From: Epithemia pelagica
Lineage: Eukaryota > Protista > Bacillariophyta
Direction of reading: 5' to 3'
Length of the DNA: 64,000 nt
Assembly (NCBI GenBank): GCA_946965045.2
Contig: OX337241.1
Coordinates: 2,418,001-2,482,000 of the forward strand
Of this stretch, positions 45,008 to 57,600 are shown piece after piece; positions within the stretch are counted from its first letter, which is position 1, and each line of letters starts with the position of its first letter. The position numbers were made by a program, and so were the translations under genes. The notes beneath the pieces were generated by a model. The model worked only from the letters and a program-made list of their open reading frames with translations, was not told the origin of the DNA and ran no database searches.

Positions 45008-47534
45008 ATGGGTCAATCGGCAAGTAAGGAAAAGTTTCGCGAATCCGTGACAGCCTTGGTCCAATTGGATGTCTCGGCGGACGATGCCGATTTTTGGGAT
45101 GAATTGTGGAAAATTCCAGCCTCGGCCGAAGAAGTCTTTGAATTGATCCCTGCCGCTTCTGCTCGACGATTGCGTGACGATCGGTTTGCCAATTTAGCCA
45201 CCCTCTTTACGCAAGCCGTGGCGCAATTGTGTCAAATTGTGGAAACACCCTACAATATCTACTTTGATCAAGCCCTCAATTGCGTCCGTGTTTTGACCAG
45301 AATTCTTCCGTTTTTGTTGGAGAAAGGTACGGCGATAGAAAAAGACCAAAACAATGGGAGCAAAGCAGCTCTTTGTCAAGTTACAGCGGCCTAGGCATCG
45401 TGATTGCATTGTGCTAACAAGTATTTTGTTCATCGTTCTTTGTATTTTGACTTGCATTCCCTCTTCAGGTGACTTGGGAGAAGCTGATGAAAATGTGGAA
45501 CAGCTTTGTTGGGGAACAGGAAGCAACATGGGCGAGGATGAAAAAATCGGTTTGATGGTTGGTGGCGACAAGGATGATGGTGACAGTGCGACTAAAGGTT
45601 CCAAAATGAAGAATAGCGACGGTCCGGACGAACAGGAACCCTTGGCACTCTTGGTCGTGCATGCGGCTATGCACATGTTGTTCCTCCCCCAGTTCACCTG
45701 TGATTACTACGAAGATGCAAGTCTCAAAGGAGACGCCTCGAATGCTCGCGCCAAACGAGTGGAAACCAAGGAAGATCGTGACTTGAAAGCCGATGCCGGT
45801 TTGAAACTCAAAAAGGTGGAATGGGGAGTCTCCCTTGTACCCACTCCCACGTCCATTGTCTGGGCACCCGGTACAGGAGTCACAGCGTCCGAAATGGGAT
45901 TTGATGCCAGTACCCGCAAATACGACAAGAACCGCATTGAAGTCTTGCGCTTGTTGTTGACCACTTGCTGTGATCCTCTCTTTGCCCCCGCGGATGAATA
46001 CAATCCCTTGGCCAGTCGATGGTTGGCCGTGGCCACGGCCGCCGATGCTCCCAATGCGATTTGCCTGTTTTACTCCTTGCTCAATACCATTTTGACCTAC
46101 GACCCTCGTTCGATGCCAGTATCAAGTGGATTTTCCGAAGGTGCTCATGTCAAACTTGTCGAACTTTCCTCTCAAGTACTCTGTATCTTGTTGGATTGTG
46201 GCTTGCCTGGACGTCCTGATCCAGTGGTCGATCAGACTGGAATGCCTTGTGTGGAATTTGAAACGGCTTCCAAGGGAGGATTCAATCTGTTTCGAACATT
46301 GTTGGCTCGCGTCGACAGCACCAAGGAAATGACCGATATCTTCAACGGCTTTTCGCGTCTCTTGCGAAACTGTTATGAGGCGGAATCCACGTACATGGGA
46401 GGTACCAAGTTGGATTGTTATCAAGAATTACTTGTTCTCTTTTGGAAGTTTCTTGAAGAGAACCCTTTGTTCATGACTCATATTCTGACAAAGTGCAATG
46501 TTAATGAGATCATTGTTCCTGTGTGCTTCTTGATGTACAAAAGTCGTCGAGATCCTGCCCAGATTGGATTGGTCCATATCTGCACGTTTATTCTCTTGAA
46601 AATGTCTGGAGAGCGATCCTTTGGCGTATCGCTCAACAAGGCCTTTACCAAAAAATTGCCTACAGACCTGCCCCTCTTCAGTGGTTGTCATGCTGACTTG
46701 CTTACCATCACACTGCACAAATTGGTCGTCAATGGAGCCTATAAGCTTGTACCTCTATACTCTTGCTTCTTGACGATTATTGCCAATATATCACCCTACT
46801 GGAAGTCCATGAGCTTGGTGGCAGCGGTCAAATTGGTAAATTTGTTTGAACTTTTCTCGTCTCCCAAGTTTTTGTATTCGGGTGAATCCGCACACCGTCA
46901 TTTGGCCTTGTTGTTGGAGGTCTTCAACAACATCATTCAATATCAGTATCATGGCAACTCCCATTTGGTCTATGCCATTGTACGAAGAAAAGACGCCTTT
47001 GGACATTTGGCTTCCTTGACCTTGGAGAAGGCGCAAGCGCAGTGTCACAAGGTATATGGCGAACACACAAGCGTGAAGAAAGATGTCGATGCCACAGGGC
47101 CAGTGCAAATAGGAAGCAAGGGCATTCCTCGCATGAATGGTACAGACGACGCATCACAATCATCCAGTGTACAAGGACCTCCCTTCCAACCCAATGAAGA
47201 ATGGTTGGATGAACTCAAGGACAGTCTTCCAATGGAAACTGTCACACGGTTACTACAACATTTGGTTCCAGTGGTGGATGAAATTGTAGCAGGGAAAATG
47301 GGGATTGTCGACGAACAAGAAATTTTGGACGCCTTGAATGAAATGACGATGGTAGGCTTGCTACCCGTTCCCCATCCCATTGTCATTCGCAAGTACCAGC
47401 CCAATCAATACACAGCCCTTTGGTTTACAGCGTTTATGTGGGGTGTCATTTTCTTGCGAAACCAATCCTTGCCCCTTTTTGATGGACAATGCATTGAACT
47501 CTTTCAAGTGTCTCTCACTGACGAAGATGATTAA
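45008..47534 (+). CDS. HID1: HID1/Ecm30 (dymeclin-related) Golgi protein; exons 45008-45326 and 45469-47534
   Basis: N-myristoylation-type start MGQSAS. Family-like segments FWDELW, ALNCVRVLTRILPFLLE, GLVHICTFILLKMSGERSFG and C-terminal WFTAFMWGVIF. One GT-AG intron. Confidence 0.88.
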
Positions 47535-48036
47535 AGGGGTTCGGACAAGAACTAAACAGCATTGGACAAAGTTGTCGATATATATTCATGGCACATCGCA
47601 AAGTCACAGTTGTTGTAACAATGAGTTTTTCGGGGACAATGAAGGACGGAAGAACAGACAAGGAAAAAGAAACCGAGAACCGAGATTCGTACGATTTAGA
47701 AAAATACTTCTGTATTTAGTGGAAGGTCTTTCCCAACAATTCCATTCCTTTCCCCATGTGTAGGATCCGCGCTGATTGGAAGGTCTCTTACAAATGTTAT
47801 GGAGACAATGGAGGTGTGGGACGGTTAGCGGAATGCGTGAGAGTTGCACTTTGTGCTTCCGTGGTCACTTCCTGCCGTACCTCTTCTGCGACGGGATGAA
47901 CCGATGGACCGTGGACCACTCCAGCAGGGGAGAGAACACGAACGAAGAGGCACGCACAAATCACATTAGCCAATAGCGAGGCAGTCTGTTCGAAAACATA
48001 GTCTGTTGAGTGAACCAAATCAAGCCTTGCTGAGAA

Positions 48037-49617
48037 ATGAGGCCGGGAACGGTCCTGAAAGCTACTCAGGTGATCTTGGTTACTGTGCTAGCCATAGCAC
48101 GTGTGTCGTCGACGGCCATTCTTACGTCTTATTCGGATGGTGAATCGACCATCGGCAACCATGGCTTACGCGCAAGGTTTCTCTCAACCAAAAATGAAAC
48201 GATGGGTGCCCAACATCTGGTGTTGGTCAAGGAAACACTGAACTTACTCCTGGCTTTCCCCCAGTCTCTGTCGTATTCACATGTGGAGGTGGCTCGAAAT
48301 CTACACAATCATGAACTGGATATCTTTGCCAAGCTGACACGAAGTTATTTGCGGGCTCGGGAAGTAGCCCTCGTATCACTCGAACCACAGGGTCAGCATT
48401 GGCGGAATTACCACCATGTCCAACAACAGCAACAGCAGGACGATAAGGAAGCTCACGGGAACAATACGGAGCACCGAGCAACTGTTCTTGTCCATGATCG
48501 GGCCGAAACAGCGGGATCCACTGCCGCCATGGAACACTCGGCCACGGGATTGGATCCCGCCACACCCGTCTGGACGATCAACATGACCATTGAAGCATAC
48601 AATGCCAAGGATATCCCGTTTCTGATTGAAGAAGATGGTACTACGTACTTGAATGTTCTGGCGGTTGGTCTAGATCATGTGTTTTTGGACCACAGTGCGA
48701 CAGGTACAACTGGCCAGACCGAACAAGGTGATAGCTTGGCATGGATGTTATCGTCCTTGACCTTGTCTCTGTCTCTGCTGTTGGCGGTGTTGATTGTTCG
48801 GTGTTCTTCGTCGGGGCGTCGTCGAAAACAACAAGAGGAACAACAACGGCGTCATGCCGCAAGCAGTACCGAAGTGGTGGGTGACTTGCCTCGTATTCCG
48901 TACCCCCTGTGGTTGCACCGTCAGTGGCGTCATCAGCCCATGAAGGAGGGCAAGAATCATCACAATCCCATTGTTATCGACCACCAAACAAATATTATGG
49001 AGTTCAACAGCGACGTCGAAGAACAGCGACAGGACTATAGTGCCATGTCCTATGATTTAAATTCCGGAGTAGAGGAAGAAGAAGAGGTCTTGTCGTGTAA
49101 CCTTGGCGATGACTCGTTTCTTGATTCCTCAACCACCACCACCACCACGAGGGAATACCCGAAACTGCCACCCAATTTGGCTCCCACTGGATCCTTGAAG
49201 AATGGTACATTGGATAGTGTTGCGGCAAGTCTGAGCAATGTAGGAGTCGTACTGGTTCCTTCTTCCTCCGGAATCTTGTCCATGGAATCCAATATTATTG
49301 TCCCCCTGAGTAGCTGCGACAGCAGTCCGCAGCCTCTTTCCCCGGACGACAAGGTGCTGGACGAGCAACGAGAGCTCGAAGAGGCAACGGCTGAAACAGG
49401 CGGATCCATGAAACAAGAAGTACGAATCCAGAGCGACCCGCCGATCACCACCACTGCCACGCCGCCGAGTACTCCTACGGTTCCCACTCCTCCTTCCAGT
49501 CCCATGTCATCATCGCCATCGTCGTTGACAAAGAAGGACCAGGACGATGCGGCATCGACTCTCCTCACCTCGGACGATGGCGAAATTTTAGTTCGAGGGA
49601 CCCTCGTCTTTATTTAA
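48037..49617 (+). CDS. Hypothetical single-pass (type I) membrane protein, 526 aa
   Basis: N-terminal hydrophobic signal (VILVTVLAIA), TM helix WMLSSLTLSLSLLLAVLIV followed by RRRK, and a low-complexity tail. Confidence 0.65.
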   Translation: MRPGTVLKATQVILVTVLAIARVSSTAILTSYSDGESTIGNHGLRARFLSTKNETMGAQHLVLVKETLNLLLAFPQSLSYSHVEVARNLHNHELDIFAKLTRSYLRAREVALVSLEPQGQHWRNYHHVQQQQQQDDKEAHGNNTEHRATVLVHDRAETAGSTAAMEHSATGLDPATPVWTINMTIEAYNAKDIPFLIEEDGTTYLNVLAVGLDHVFLDHSATGTTGQTEQGDSLAWMLSSLTLSLSLLLAVLIVRCSSSGRRRKQQEEQQRRHAASSTEVVGDLPRIPYPLWLHRQWRHQPMKEGKNHHNPIVIDHQTNIMEFNSDVEEQRQDYSAMSYDLNSGVEEEEEVLSCNLGDDSFLDSSTTTTTTREYPKLPPNLAPTGSLKNGTLDSVAASLSNVGVVLVPSSSGILSMESNIIVPLSSCDSSPQPLSPDDKVLDEQRELEEATAETGGSMKQEVRIQSDPPITTTATPPSTPTVPTPPSSPMSSSPSSLTKKDQDDAASTLLTSDDGEILVRGTLVFI

Positions 49618-49857
49618 GAAACGAAACCCAAGGACAGCACTGGGGAGTCTCGAGATGCGATACACCACAGGCCCGTCGTCCTCTATACACGACTATGGAA
49701 TACTACATTGGTTCTATCTACCAGTTTGGGGTATGCACACACACACACACAAAAGTCCTTTCTCGATAGCACACTATACTTAACAAATGTGTGCCTTTCA
49801 AGCCTTGTCGTTTTGTACACGTTTGTTCCAAAATTGTAGAGTCCCTCATGTGATTAC

Positions 49858-51696
49858 CTAGGGCACCGCAGCCGTGGTGGTCACAGTTGTCGTCGTTGTC
49901 GTCGTGGAAGAAGCCGCAGGAATGGACGCCGATGACAAGGAGACGAGTTTGGGAACCACAACACTGGGACGACGACCAGGAGGAATGGGAGGTGGAGCAC
50001 CAGTCGTACTGGGGGGCATGGTCCTTGCCATGGGTGGAGTAGTAGTCGTACTTGTACTACTACTAGTAGCCGCAGTAGAGGATGGGAGTGGTGGTAAGGG
50101 AGGGAGAATTTGCGAAAAGGACACGTGTGGTGGTGGTAGGTGGGACGGTGGATGTGGTTTCTCCGGTTCCTCCTCCTCCTTGTTTTGTGTGGAACCACCA
50201 TCTTGTTGTTGTTGATGTTCTTGTTGGTGGTGGTGACCATGTTGACGACGAAGGACCGTCCCTCGGGGTGTCGCTGGAATCCACGCTCGTTCCAACCAAG
50301 TTCCTCTTAAGGCATGTCGCGGTTCCAGATTCATGGGAGGATCCCAATAATGGGGTGGAGGAAGGACCGTCAGCCCAGCATTGGCAGTGGCGTCGTCGTT
50401 GGCAGATGTTGCCGTTGTGACAAATTCGTACACGAGGGGCGTGGTATTGGGAATTTTGACGTGCGGCATGGTGTGGGGATTCACGACCGTGGGATCGAGG
50501 AGATGCAACAAGGCCTTGGCCGAATTGGCATGTCCGACCCACAACAAGGTTTGTCCCTGTTGCAATTTGGGAACCATGTCATACGTCCACAAGGGTTGGA
50601 GACGATCCAAGACATGACCAAAGGCTTCCGAAGCTGGCATTTGCAGCAATGGCGTAGTATGAGTAGTAGTCGTATTCGAAGAAGCAGAAGACGAAAAGGT
50701 GGTTTCGGGTATCACGGTCCAAGTGTCCTGGTAGTGGTGGTCCAACGTAGTGGGTGTTGGCGATGGTGGCTGATACACCAACGTGCGACATTGACACTGG
50801 ACCAAGTGTCGTCTCCAATACTGCAAGGTCGTGTCGGACATGGGTGGCGGTGGTACGTGTCGCCACGAATACCGCCATTGGTGCAATTGCTCGGCCTGGT
50901 AGGCGCGTTGGGCCCATTGTTTGGATTGACCCACCAAGGCCCCGTAATGACGTTCATTCAACCGCCAGGTACAGGTAATGGGAATCGTGGGACGGTGCTC
51001 GTAGTAGTAGTTGGCAGTTGCATCATCGTGATTAGGATCAGGATCCACACCCACAGTGTCGTCATTGTGGTTGTGGTTGTCGTGTTCGGGTCGTCGTTGT
51101 CGGGGAATGGGTGTCAGCAACTTGAGTTCGTGCAACATGAGTGCCAAGGTTTCTTGGGCTCGATCCAACAAGGACACATAGGCATGATCAATGGGAATCT
51201 GGTGGTTGTGGTTGTGGTTGTGGTTGCTGTTGTCGTTTGGTGGTTGGGAGTGAAAATACTCGCGCAAGGTATGACTGGCCGCCACGGCTTGGGCCCGTCC
51301 CAATTCGGTCAATTCCACATTGGCCCATCCCGTAAATCGAGCGTCTTGTGGCAAGGTGTTGTTGTTGTTGTTGTCGGGATGGGAGGAGGCTGATCTTGTC
51401 GTCGTCGTCGTGGTGGCGGCCGCACCATTCCATTCCGATTGACCATGTCGCAACACAATCAATCGACCCACTGTGGTTGTGGTTGCTGCATCCTCCTTTT
51501 TCTTTGTGTTGTTGTTGTTGGGGCGGTGAATGGTGTTGGACGACGACGACGACGAAGAAGAAAAAGAACGGGTGGTGGATGTGCCATACCAACCACCACC
51601 ACACGTCCGACGACGACGACAAACCCACGGCGGCACAACGACCCGAGAAGAACAAGACTGTGGGAATGTCGACGAACGACGCATCATCGTCCTCAT
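49858..51696 (-). CDS. gpmA: Cofactor-dependent phosphoglycerate mutase (histidine phosphatase family) with long insertions
   Basis: LIVLRHGQSEWN, RFTGWANVELTELG, LNERHYGALVG, VGHANS and IPNTTPLVYE. Arg/Ser-rich N-terminus resembling a mitochondrial presequence. Confidence 0.85.
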   Translation of the reverse strand: MRTMMRRSSTFPQSCSSRVVVPPWVCRRRRTCGGGWYGTSTTRSFSSSSSSSSNTIHRPNNNNTKKKEDAATTTTVGRLIVLRHGQSEWNGAAATTTTTTRSASSHPDNNNNNTLPQDARFTGWANVELTELGRAQAVAASHTLREYFHSQPPNDNSNHNHNHNHQIPIDHAYVSLLDRAQETLALMLHELKLLTPIPRQRRPEHDNHNHNDDTVGVDPDPNHDDATANYYYEHRPTIPITCTWRLNERHYGALVGQSKQWAQRAYQAEQLHQWRYSWRHVPPPPMSDTTLQYWRRHLVQCQCRTLVYQPPSPTPTTLDHHYQDTWTVIPETTFSSSASSNTTTTHTTPLLQMPASEAFGHVLDRLQPLWTYDMVPKLQQGQTLLWVGHANSAKALLHLLDPTVVNPHTMPHVKIPNTTPLVYEFVTTATSANDDATANAGLTVLPPPHYWDPPMNLEPRHALRGTWLERAWIPATPRGTVLRRQHGHHHQQEHQQQQDGGSTQNKEEEEPEKPHPPSHLPPPHVSFSQILPPLPPLPSSTAATSSSTSTTTTPPMARTMPPSTTGAPPPIPPGRRPSVVVPKLVSLSSASIPAASSTTTTTTTVTTTAAVP

Positions 51697-52146
51697 GCTC
51701 AGGATGATGGTCTCTCTATCTCACACAATCGCACACTATACAATCTCAGAGAACACCACCAAAGACGCTGTGTTCTGGATTGGCATCTGTCGTCGGAGGA
51801 GAAAAAAGAACCCATTTTGGATCGTTCGCGGATATATAATTAAATCCCAGCGGTTCATTGAGTCGCACGTTGATCATAGCATCATTTTGCAGGAATCTGC
51901 AAGAAACTCCTTCGCTCCATCATTGAAAATAACCGCTAGGGATTTCTAATAATCCAGACAACTTGCCAAGGGGGTTGCCGATGCGAGGCGCGAGCACCGT
52001 CTCTGCTTACCAGACGTGGTTTGCCCTCGAAAGAACGGGAAAACCCCAAATGGCATCCTAGACCAGGAATGAAACATTGCCCCAGACAACAACCAGAAAC
52101 CTGGGACAACACCCGCGATCAAAGAATCCACAACAACAACAGCAAC

Positions 52147-52912
52147 ATGGCCCACAAGGAAGAGCTACAAGAGAAAGGACACGTCAAGAAGGTGGTATAC
52201 TTGGACATTCTACGAACGAATGAATATGCCAAGTGGAAGGCGAATCCTCAGTTGGTGGGAGATGCCGCGCTCCGCACAAGACGAAACGTTTGCGACCCAG
52301 CATTGGACCGGAACACTGCTTGGATAGTTCCCATCTCCACCAGAATTGCGGGAGGCGTGGCAGGCTCAAGTCGCTACGCTCCCCCTTCCGCTGTACTCCT
52401 CTCCGGCCGTGAACCGCATGACGGAGGAATCGCCGTCGAGCGCGCTAGTTTCACTATTGTACGTTTGGGATGACCTAACGTGGGAATGCAAGTAGTATTC
52501 GGTCAAGCTGTGGGTCTCGCCGCAAAACAGGGTCCACAAGACCTTGGTAATTCACATGCCCAATGATGGCTACTTTACCATGAGCGGGATTCCAATGGAA
52601 CAGTTTTTGGGTGCAAACGTGGTGAAACGGGACGCCTTTAACCGTCGCCACCGGAACGCTGTGTACCACAAAGGCTGGTCGATTCTGGACAAGTTTGTCT
52701 GGGAACGACTCGCCCCGTTCCAGACCTTTATGGCCACTTGGTTCGAAACAAGTTACGATCCCAATCGTATGGAGCGGTTGATTCTCTATCATGCGGACGC
52801 CAACCGCCTGGATCTTGGTATGCGCCATGCAGACACCCATGTGAGCATGGAATTCTCCTTCGAGCACAGCTACCCGATGGCACATGAAGACGGTTGGTGG
52901 AGTACATTCTAG
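52147..52912 (+). pseudogene. Probable disrupted gene of unknown function
   Basis: The frame of ORF 52544-52912 extends upstream (FPSPPELREAW...LTWECK*YSVKLW) through one TAG. It needs a frameshift to join the ATG 52147 segment. Confidence 0.35.
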
Positions 52913-53086
52913 GTAGTGCTAGTAGAGTGGGTATCTTGATTGCTTTCTGGGGAACTATAGCAGCGGTGTAAGAGTATTGTAGGCCTGGCATCTGGCATCC
53001 AATATCCAATGTGTAGGTATTGAAACTCTACCTGCCTCGATCCCAAATTTAGACCATGGTCTACCATCACAACTAGGTACTCCTAC

Positions 53087-53992
53087 CTACTTGGCGGCCA
53101 CCGCCACGGTGGGCCTTCGCATGGCCATGCGTTTCATTTCATCAATCGACGGAATATTCCCATCGTCATCTTTGAGACGTCCCGTTTGTCGATAGTCCGC
53201 CACGGCGACACCCATTTGCGAGACAGCCATTAGGGCCGTGGCCGAATCTCGTTGTTGCACGGCCTGGTCAAAGACCTTGTAGGCGGCCTGATAGTCCAAG
53301 GCATCTTGTCGCATTTGCTTGGCAAAGCCCGTCGACATGGACAAGCCCTGTCCATCCAGGGAACTCACATATAATTGCAAGGGCAAAATGGCATTTTCGG
53401 CCGTTTTCCCAAAGGATTCGGCCGTCTCCCAATCTTGGACGGCCAAGGCATTGGAACAGGCCGAAATTTCCGCCGTGACTTTTTGAATGCGAGGAAGGTA
53501 CCGTTTCTTGGCCGTTGGGTAATAGTAGGAGGCCCGCAACGAGGGATCAATCTCCACTCGTGACGTGGAAGACGAAGGAGTGGTGGTGGTGGTGGCAGCC
53601 GAAGCGACCACTACGGGAGCGGGTTCAATCTTGCTGGGGTTGGAACCATAGTCGTCCAACAAACTGGCGTGCACCAGCTGTGGTGCCACGACTGTGGTAG
53701 TAGTAGCACCCATAGCCGACCACAACAATGACACCATGGTTCGACGGGTCAAAGCCGGTACCGAAGAGCTGCTCTCGACCGTCCAGTCGCTGTTGCCATT
53801 CTTGTGTGCTGATAACAAGGCCAAGTTTGTCCCCGTGGCTGCAACAACCTTGGTTGTTGTGGTTGCTGTTCGTGACCTTGTCGTCGTTGAAGACCATGGA
53901 TTGGCAGGAGGCGAATATGAGCGTGCCGATTGGCTCCACAGCAATATCAGCAGCACTACAGGGACGATTCGGCACTCTCGTGGGTTAGCCAT
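53087..53992 (-). CDS. Thylakoid-lumen protein, PsbQ-like
   Basis: Signal peptide, transit region, twin-Arg Tat motif (LTRRTM...LVHA), then a predicted helical domain beginning AKKRYLPRI. The family call is tentative. Confidence 0.6.
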   Translation of the reverse strand: MANPRECRIVPVVLLILLWSQSARSYSPPANPWSSTTTRSRTATTTTKVVAATGTNLALLSAHKNGNSDWTVESSSSVPALTRRTMVSLLWSAMGATTTTVVAPQLVHASLLDDYGSNPSKIEPAPVVVASAATTTTTPSSSTSRVEIDPSLRASYYYPTAKKRYLPRIQKVTAEISACSNALAVQDWETAESFGKTAENAILPLQLYVSSLDGQGLSMSTGFAKQMRQDALDYQAAYKVFDQAVQQRDSATALMAVSQMGVAVADYRQTGRLKDDDGNIPSIDEMKRMAMRRPTVAVAAK

Positions 53993-54687
53993 GGTCCTTG
54001 CTCTCTTCAGTGTCGTTTCAAATGTATTATTTCGATTCTCTCAAGATACAATCACGTTGTAGAGGATTGTCGAGAGGCGATCATTTTCATTTGTTCATTT
54101 GTATTTGTTCTGTAGTAGCATGACATCATACCACCAGAACTTGAACCATGTGACGTACCTACCCTATCTCCAAAACTGCGTTTTGTGCGATCCTTACGCG
54201 ACCCATATAATTGAAACCGCTTGGGAGTGATGAATTGTGACCGGCGACTCATACAGGGGTGTCACAACGGGCCATTTGAATTTTGTCAAAGCACAAAAGA
54301 GTTGCGCTCTCATTCCATCGGGCTCCATCATTCTTTCATTGCAATACAGCAGGAACAACCACTGCATTGTGAAACAAGCTCTTGCAAAGTAGTTGTTTTG
54401 ATTCTACGAGAGTGACTTGTGCTCTTTGTGGATTGTACAACATGGCCAAGTACGCATATGCTCCTCTTTCCATTGTAAGAAAACATGTGTCGTCGTTGTA
54501 GCATGTTTTGGAAGGAAGATTTGAGAAGAAAGGAATCTCAAAGGAAGAAACCTTTCGTTGGAGCACATTATCTGGAAGTATTCATGATTCTCACCGTAGC
54601 CTGTTTTGCTGCACAATGTTGTTGTTGTTGTTGTTGTTGTTGTTTTAGGATGAGGATCGTCGCCGACGCGACCTTTCTTCCAACGAC

Positions 54688-57600
54688 TTGAGTTCCGGTG
54701 GTGGGGGAAACTCGGGCGATCATTTGGTACACGAACGCATGCCTCTTTGTGTCGGATTTTGTGTTTTGCTGGCCATTGTCTATGTTCTCAGTCGGACCGG
54801 GAATCAGGATGCCTTTTTGACGCAACAACAGCAACAGCAGCCGGTGGTGGGAACCGACGCTCGTACCGTTGAAAGTAATGCGGCGGCGACGACGACGAGC
54901 CATTCCGATGTTCGTATTCCTTCCAGCGTGACGACAACTCCAGCCCCAGTGGACAACAAGTCGCCGAAGCAACAAGTGGCATCGGATTCCTCCTCCAAAC
55001 AGCAGTCACCAACACCACCGGAGCTCTCATCGGATAGCCCTCAGGATTGCAACTGTCCGGATCTTGAAAATACGGAAGAAGTCATTGCTTCCCTCCGTGA
55101 AAAAGCCTTGGCCAACTCTCCTCCACACATTATTGAATGTGCCCAAGCAGAACGCGGCGAAAGCCAGGAAGCTTGTCATTTGCCATCGAAGGAACGATAT
55201 GCCGCGTTGGGACAAAAGGGAGCCACCTTGTGGATGACGGGTTGCAGTGGAGCGGGGAAAACCACCATTGCGACCGCACTGGAAGAACGACTGGTGAAAC
55301 AGTATGGAAAACATGTGTACCGTTTGGATGGGGATAACTTGCGCACTGGCATTAATCGAGATTTGGGGTTTTCGAAAGCGGACCGTGCCGAATCGGTGCG
55401 ACGAACGGGGGAACTTGCCACATTGTTTACAGATGCTGGCGTCATTACTTTGGTCGGCCTCATTTCACCCTACCAAGCAGATCGTGATGCGGTACGTCAA
55501 CGACATGTGGAACAAGGTCTTCCTTTCTATGAAGTCTTCTTGGACGTACCGTTGGAGGAGCTGGAGAAGCGAGATCCCAAAAATCAGTACAAAAATGTCA
55601 AGGCGGGCAAGTTGAAGCATTTCACCTGTGTGGACGACCCCTACGAAGCTCCCGAGTTCCCTGAAATCACGCTCCGAACTCACGAACAAGAAATTGAAGA
55701 TTCGGTGAACCAACTCTTTCGTCGACTCGAACGTGACGGTATTCTCATTGGTGCCCCTAAACTGGCGCCTCCTGGACTTCCCAACCCGGATGGTGATGTT
55801 CTCGTGGATCTCCATGTACCAGACGAACTCAAGGCTACTCGCATGGCCGAAGCCGAGACCCTACCAAAAGTGTTGATTACGGATATTGAACTGAACTGGT
55901 TGCAGACGATTGGAGAAGGATGGGCTAGTCCACTCAAAGGTTTTATGCGTGAAGGCACACTCCTGGAAACCTTGCATTTCAATAGCATTTTGACAGACCC
56001 GTTCAACTTGACTGGAAATGCCAATCGATTGGAAATGCAAACGGATTTTTCACATTTTCCGGAACATTTACCACCCAACCGTGTGAGTATGTCCGTTCCA
56101 ATTACACTTTCGTGTACATCCTTCACTCGTGACGCCATTCAAGGATCACACTCCGTTGCATTGGTGACTCAAATGGGACAAACTGTTGCCATTCTTCGAG
56201 ATCCAGAAATCTACAACAACCGAAAGGAAGAAATTGCTACGCGCATGTTTGGTGTCATTGACCCAGATCATCCATACATCAAGCATATCTATGCAGGAGG
56301 TGACTTTTTGATTGGTGGAGAAGTCGAACTCCTCGACCGCATCCGCTACAACGATGGTCTCGATCAATGGCGCAAAACTGCGCAGGAACTCATGCAAGAA
56401 TTTGAAGCCAAGGGCGCTGATACGGTTTATGCATTCCAGACACGCAATCCGACTCATGCCGGCCATGCGTACCTGATGCGGTCGGCGGGTGAAGATTTGC
56501 GCAAAAAGGGGTATGAGAAGCCGGTCTTGTGGTTGAGTCCGCTCGGTGGCTGGACCAAAGAAGACGACGTCCCCTTGGACGTTCGTGTCAAACAACATGA
56601 AGAAGTTCTAGCAGCTGGACTCACCCATCCTGGAGGTTTGGATCCGGAAACGACCGTCATGGCCATTTGGCCTTCGCCAATGGTCTACGCTGGTCCGACG
56701 GAAGTTCAGTTTCATGCGAAGTCTCGTCGATCGGCTGGAGCATCCTTCTTTGTGGTAGGTCGCGACCCAGCTGGAATGAAAGGATCCTCCAACGCGGTCG
56801 CTCATGCCGATGATGACCTGTACGACGGAGATCACGGCCGTTACGTGCTGCAGTACTCTCCAGGAATTGGTGATATGCAAATGCTCAGCTTTGTCAAGGT
56901 CATGTATGACGTTACGGACAATGTGATGAAGGAACCGGATCCAAGTCGTCCACAAGATTTCATTAGTATTTCAGGAAGCAAGATGCGATTGCTGGCTCGC
57001 AATGGTGCACATCCCTGCAGCCCTACAGATATCCCCACGGATCTTGTGGGAGCCAACTGCGTACCATCTGGATTTATGGTTCCCAAAGGTTGGGATATGG
57101 TAGTCGACTATTACAAGAACATTGATTCGGACCGATGGACTCCATGGAGCAAACCTTTTATCGACCCACCAGTTGCTCAACACACAACCAAAGAAGGAGG
57201 CAGCTTTGGAAGTACGAAATTTATGCTCAAGAGCTCTAATTACGAGAGTTTGTGGCACGATGTACCCTTGTTTCCAACGGACGCCCAATTCAAGAATTAC
57301 AACAACATTATCAACATGGTAACGGAAATCCCTCTCCACTTTGCTCCGAAAATGGAGGTACAAAAAGAAAAAGCCAACAACCCTATTTCTCAGGATTCCA
57401 ACAAAGATGGATCTCCTCGATACTACACATATGGAGTTCCATTTTTCAACTATGGTCTCCTTCCACAAACATGGGAAGACCCCAATGTTCGCTCGGCCGA
57501 TGGCTACGGTGGGGACAACGATCCGTTGGATGTGATTGAATTGGGTTCTACTCAACTGGAGATGGGTAGCATCACTCCGTGTCGCGTTTTGGGCGAATTG

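Noticed and set aside
50314-51393. 359-aa plus-strand ORF
   Set aside because: Antisense shadow of the phosphoglycerate mutase gene.
54618-54643. (TTG)n microsatellite; similar (TC)n, (CA)n and (ACA)n tracts elsewhere
   Set aside because: Common simple repeats in this genome. This one is probably intronic or in a 5' region.
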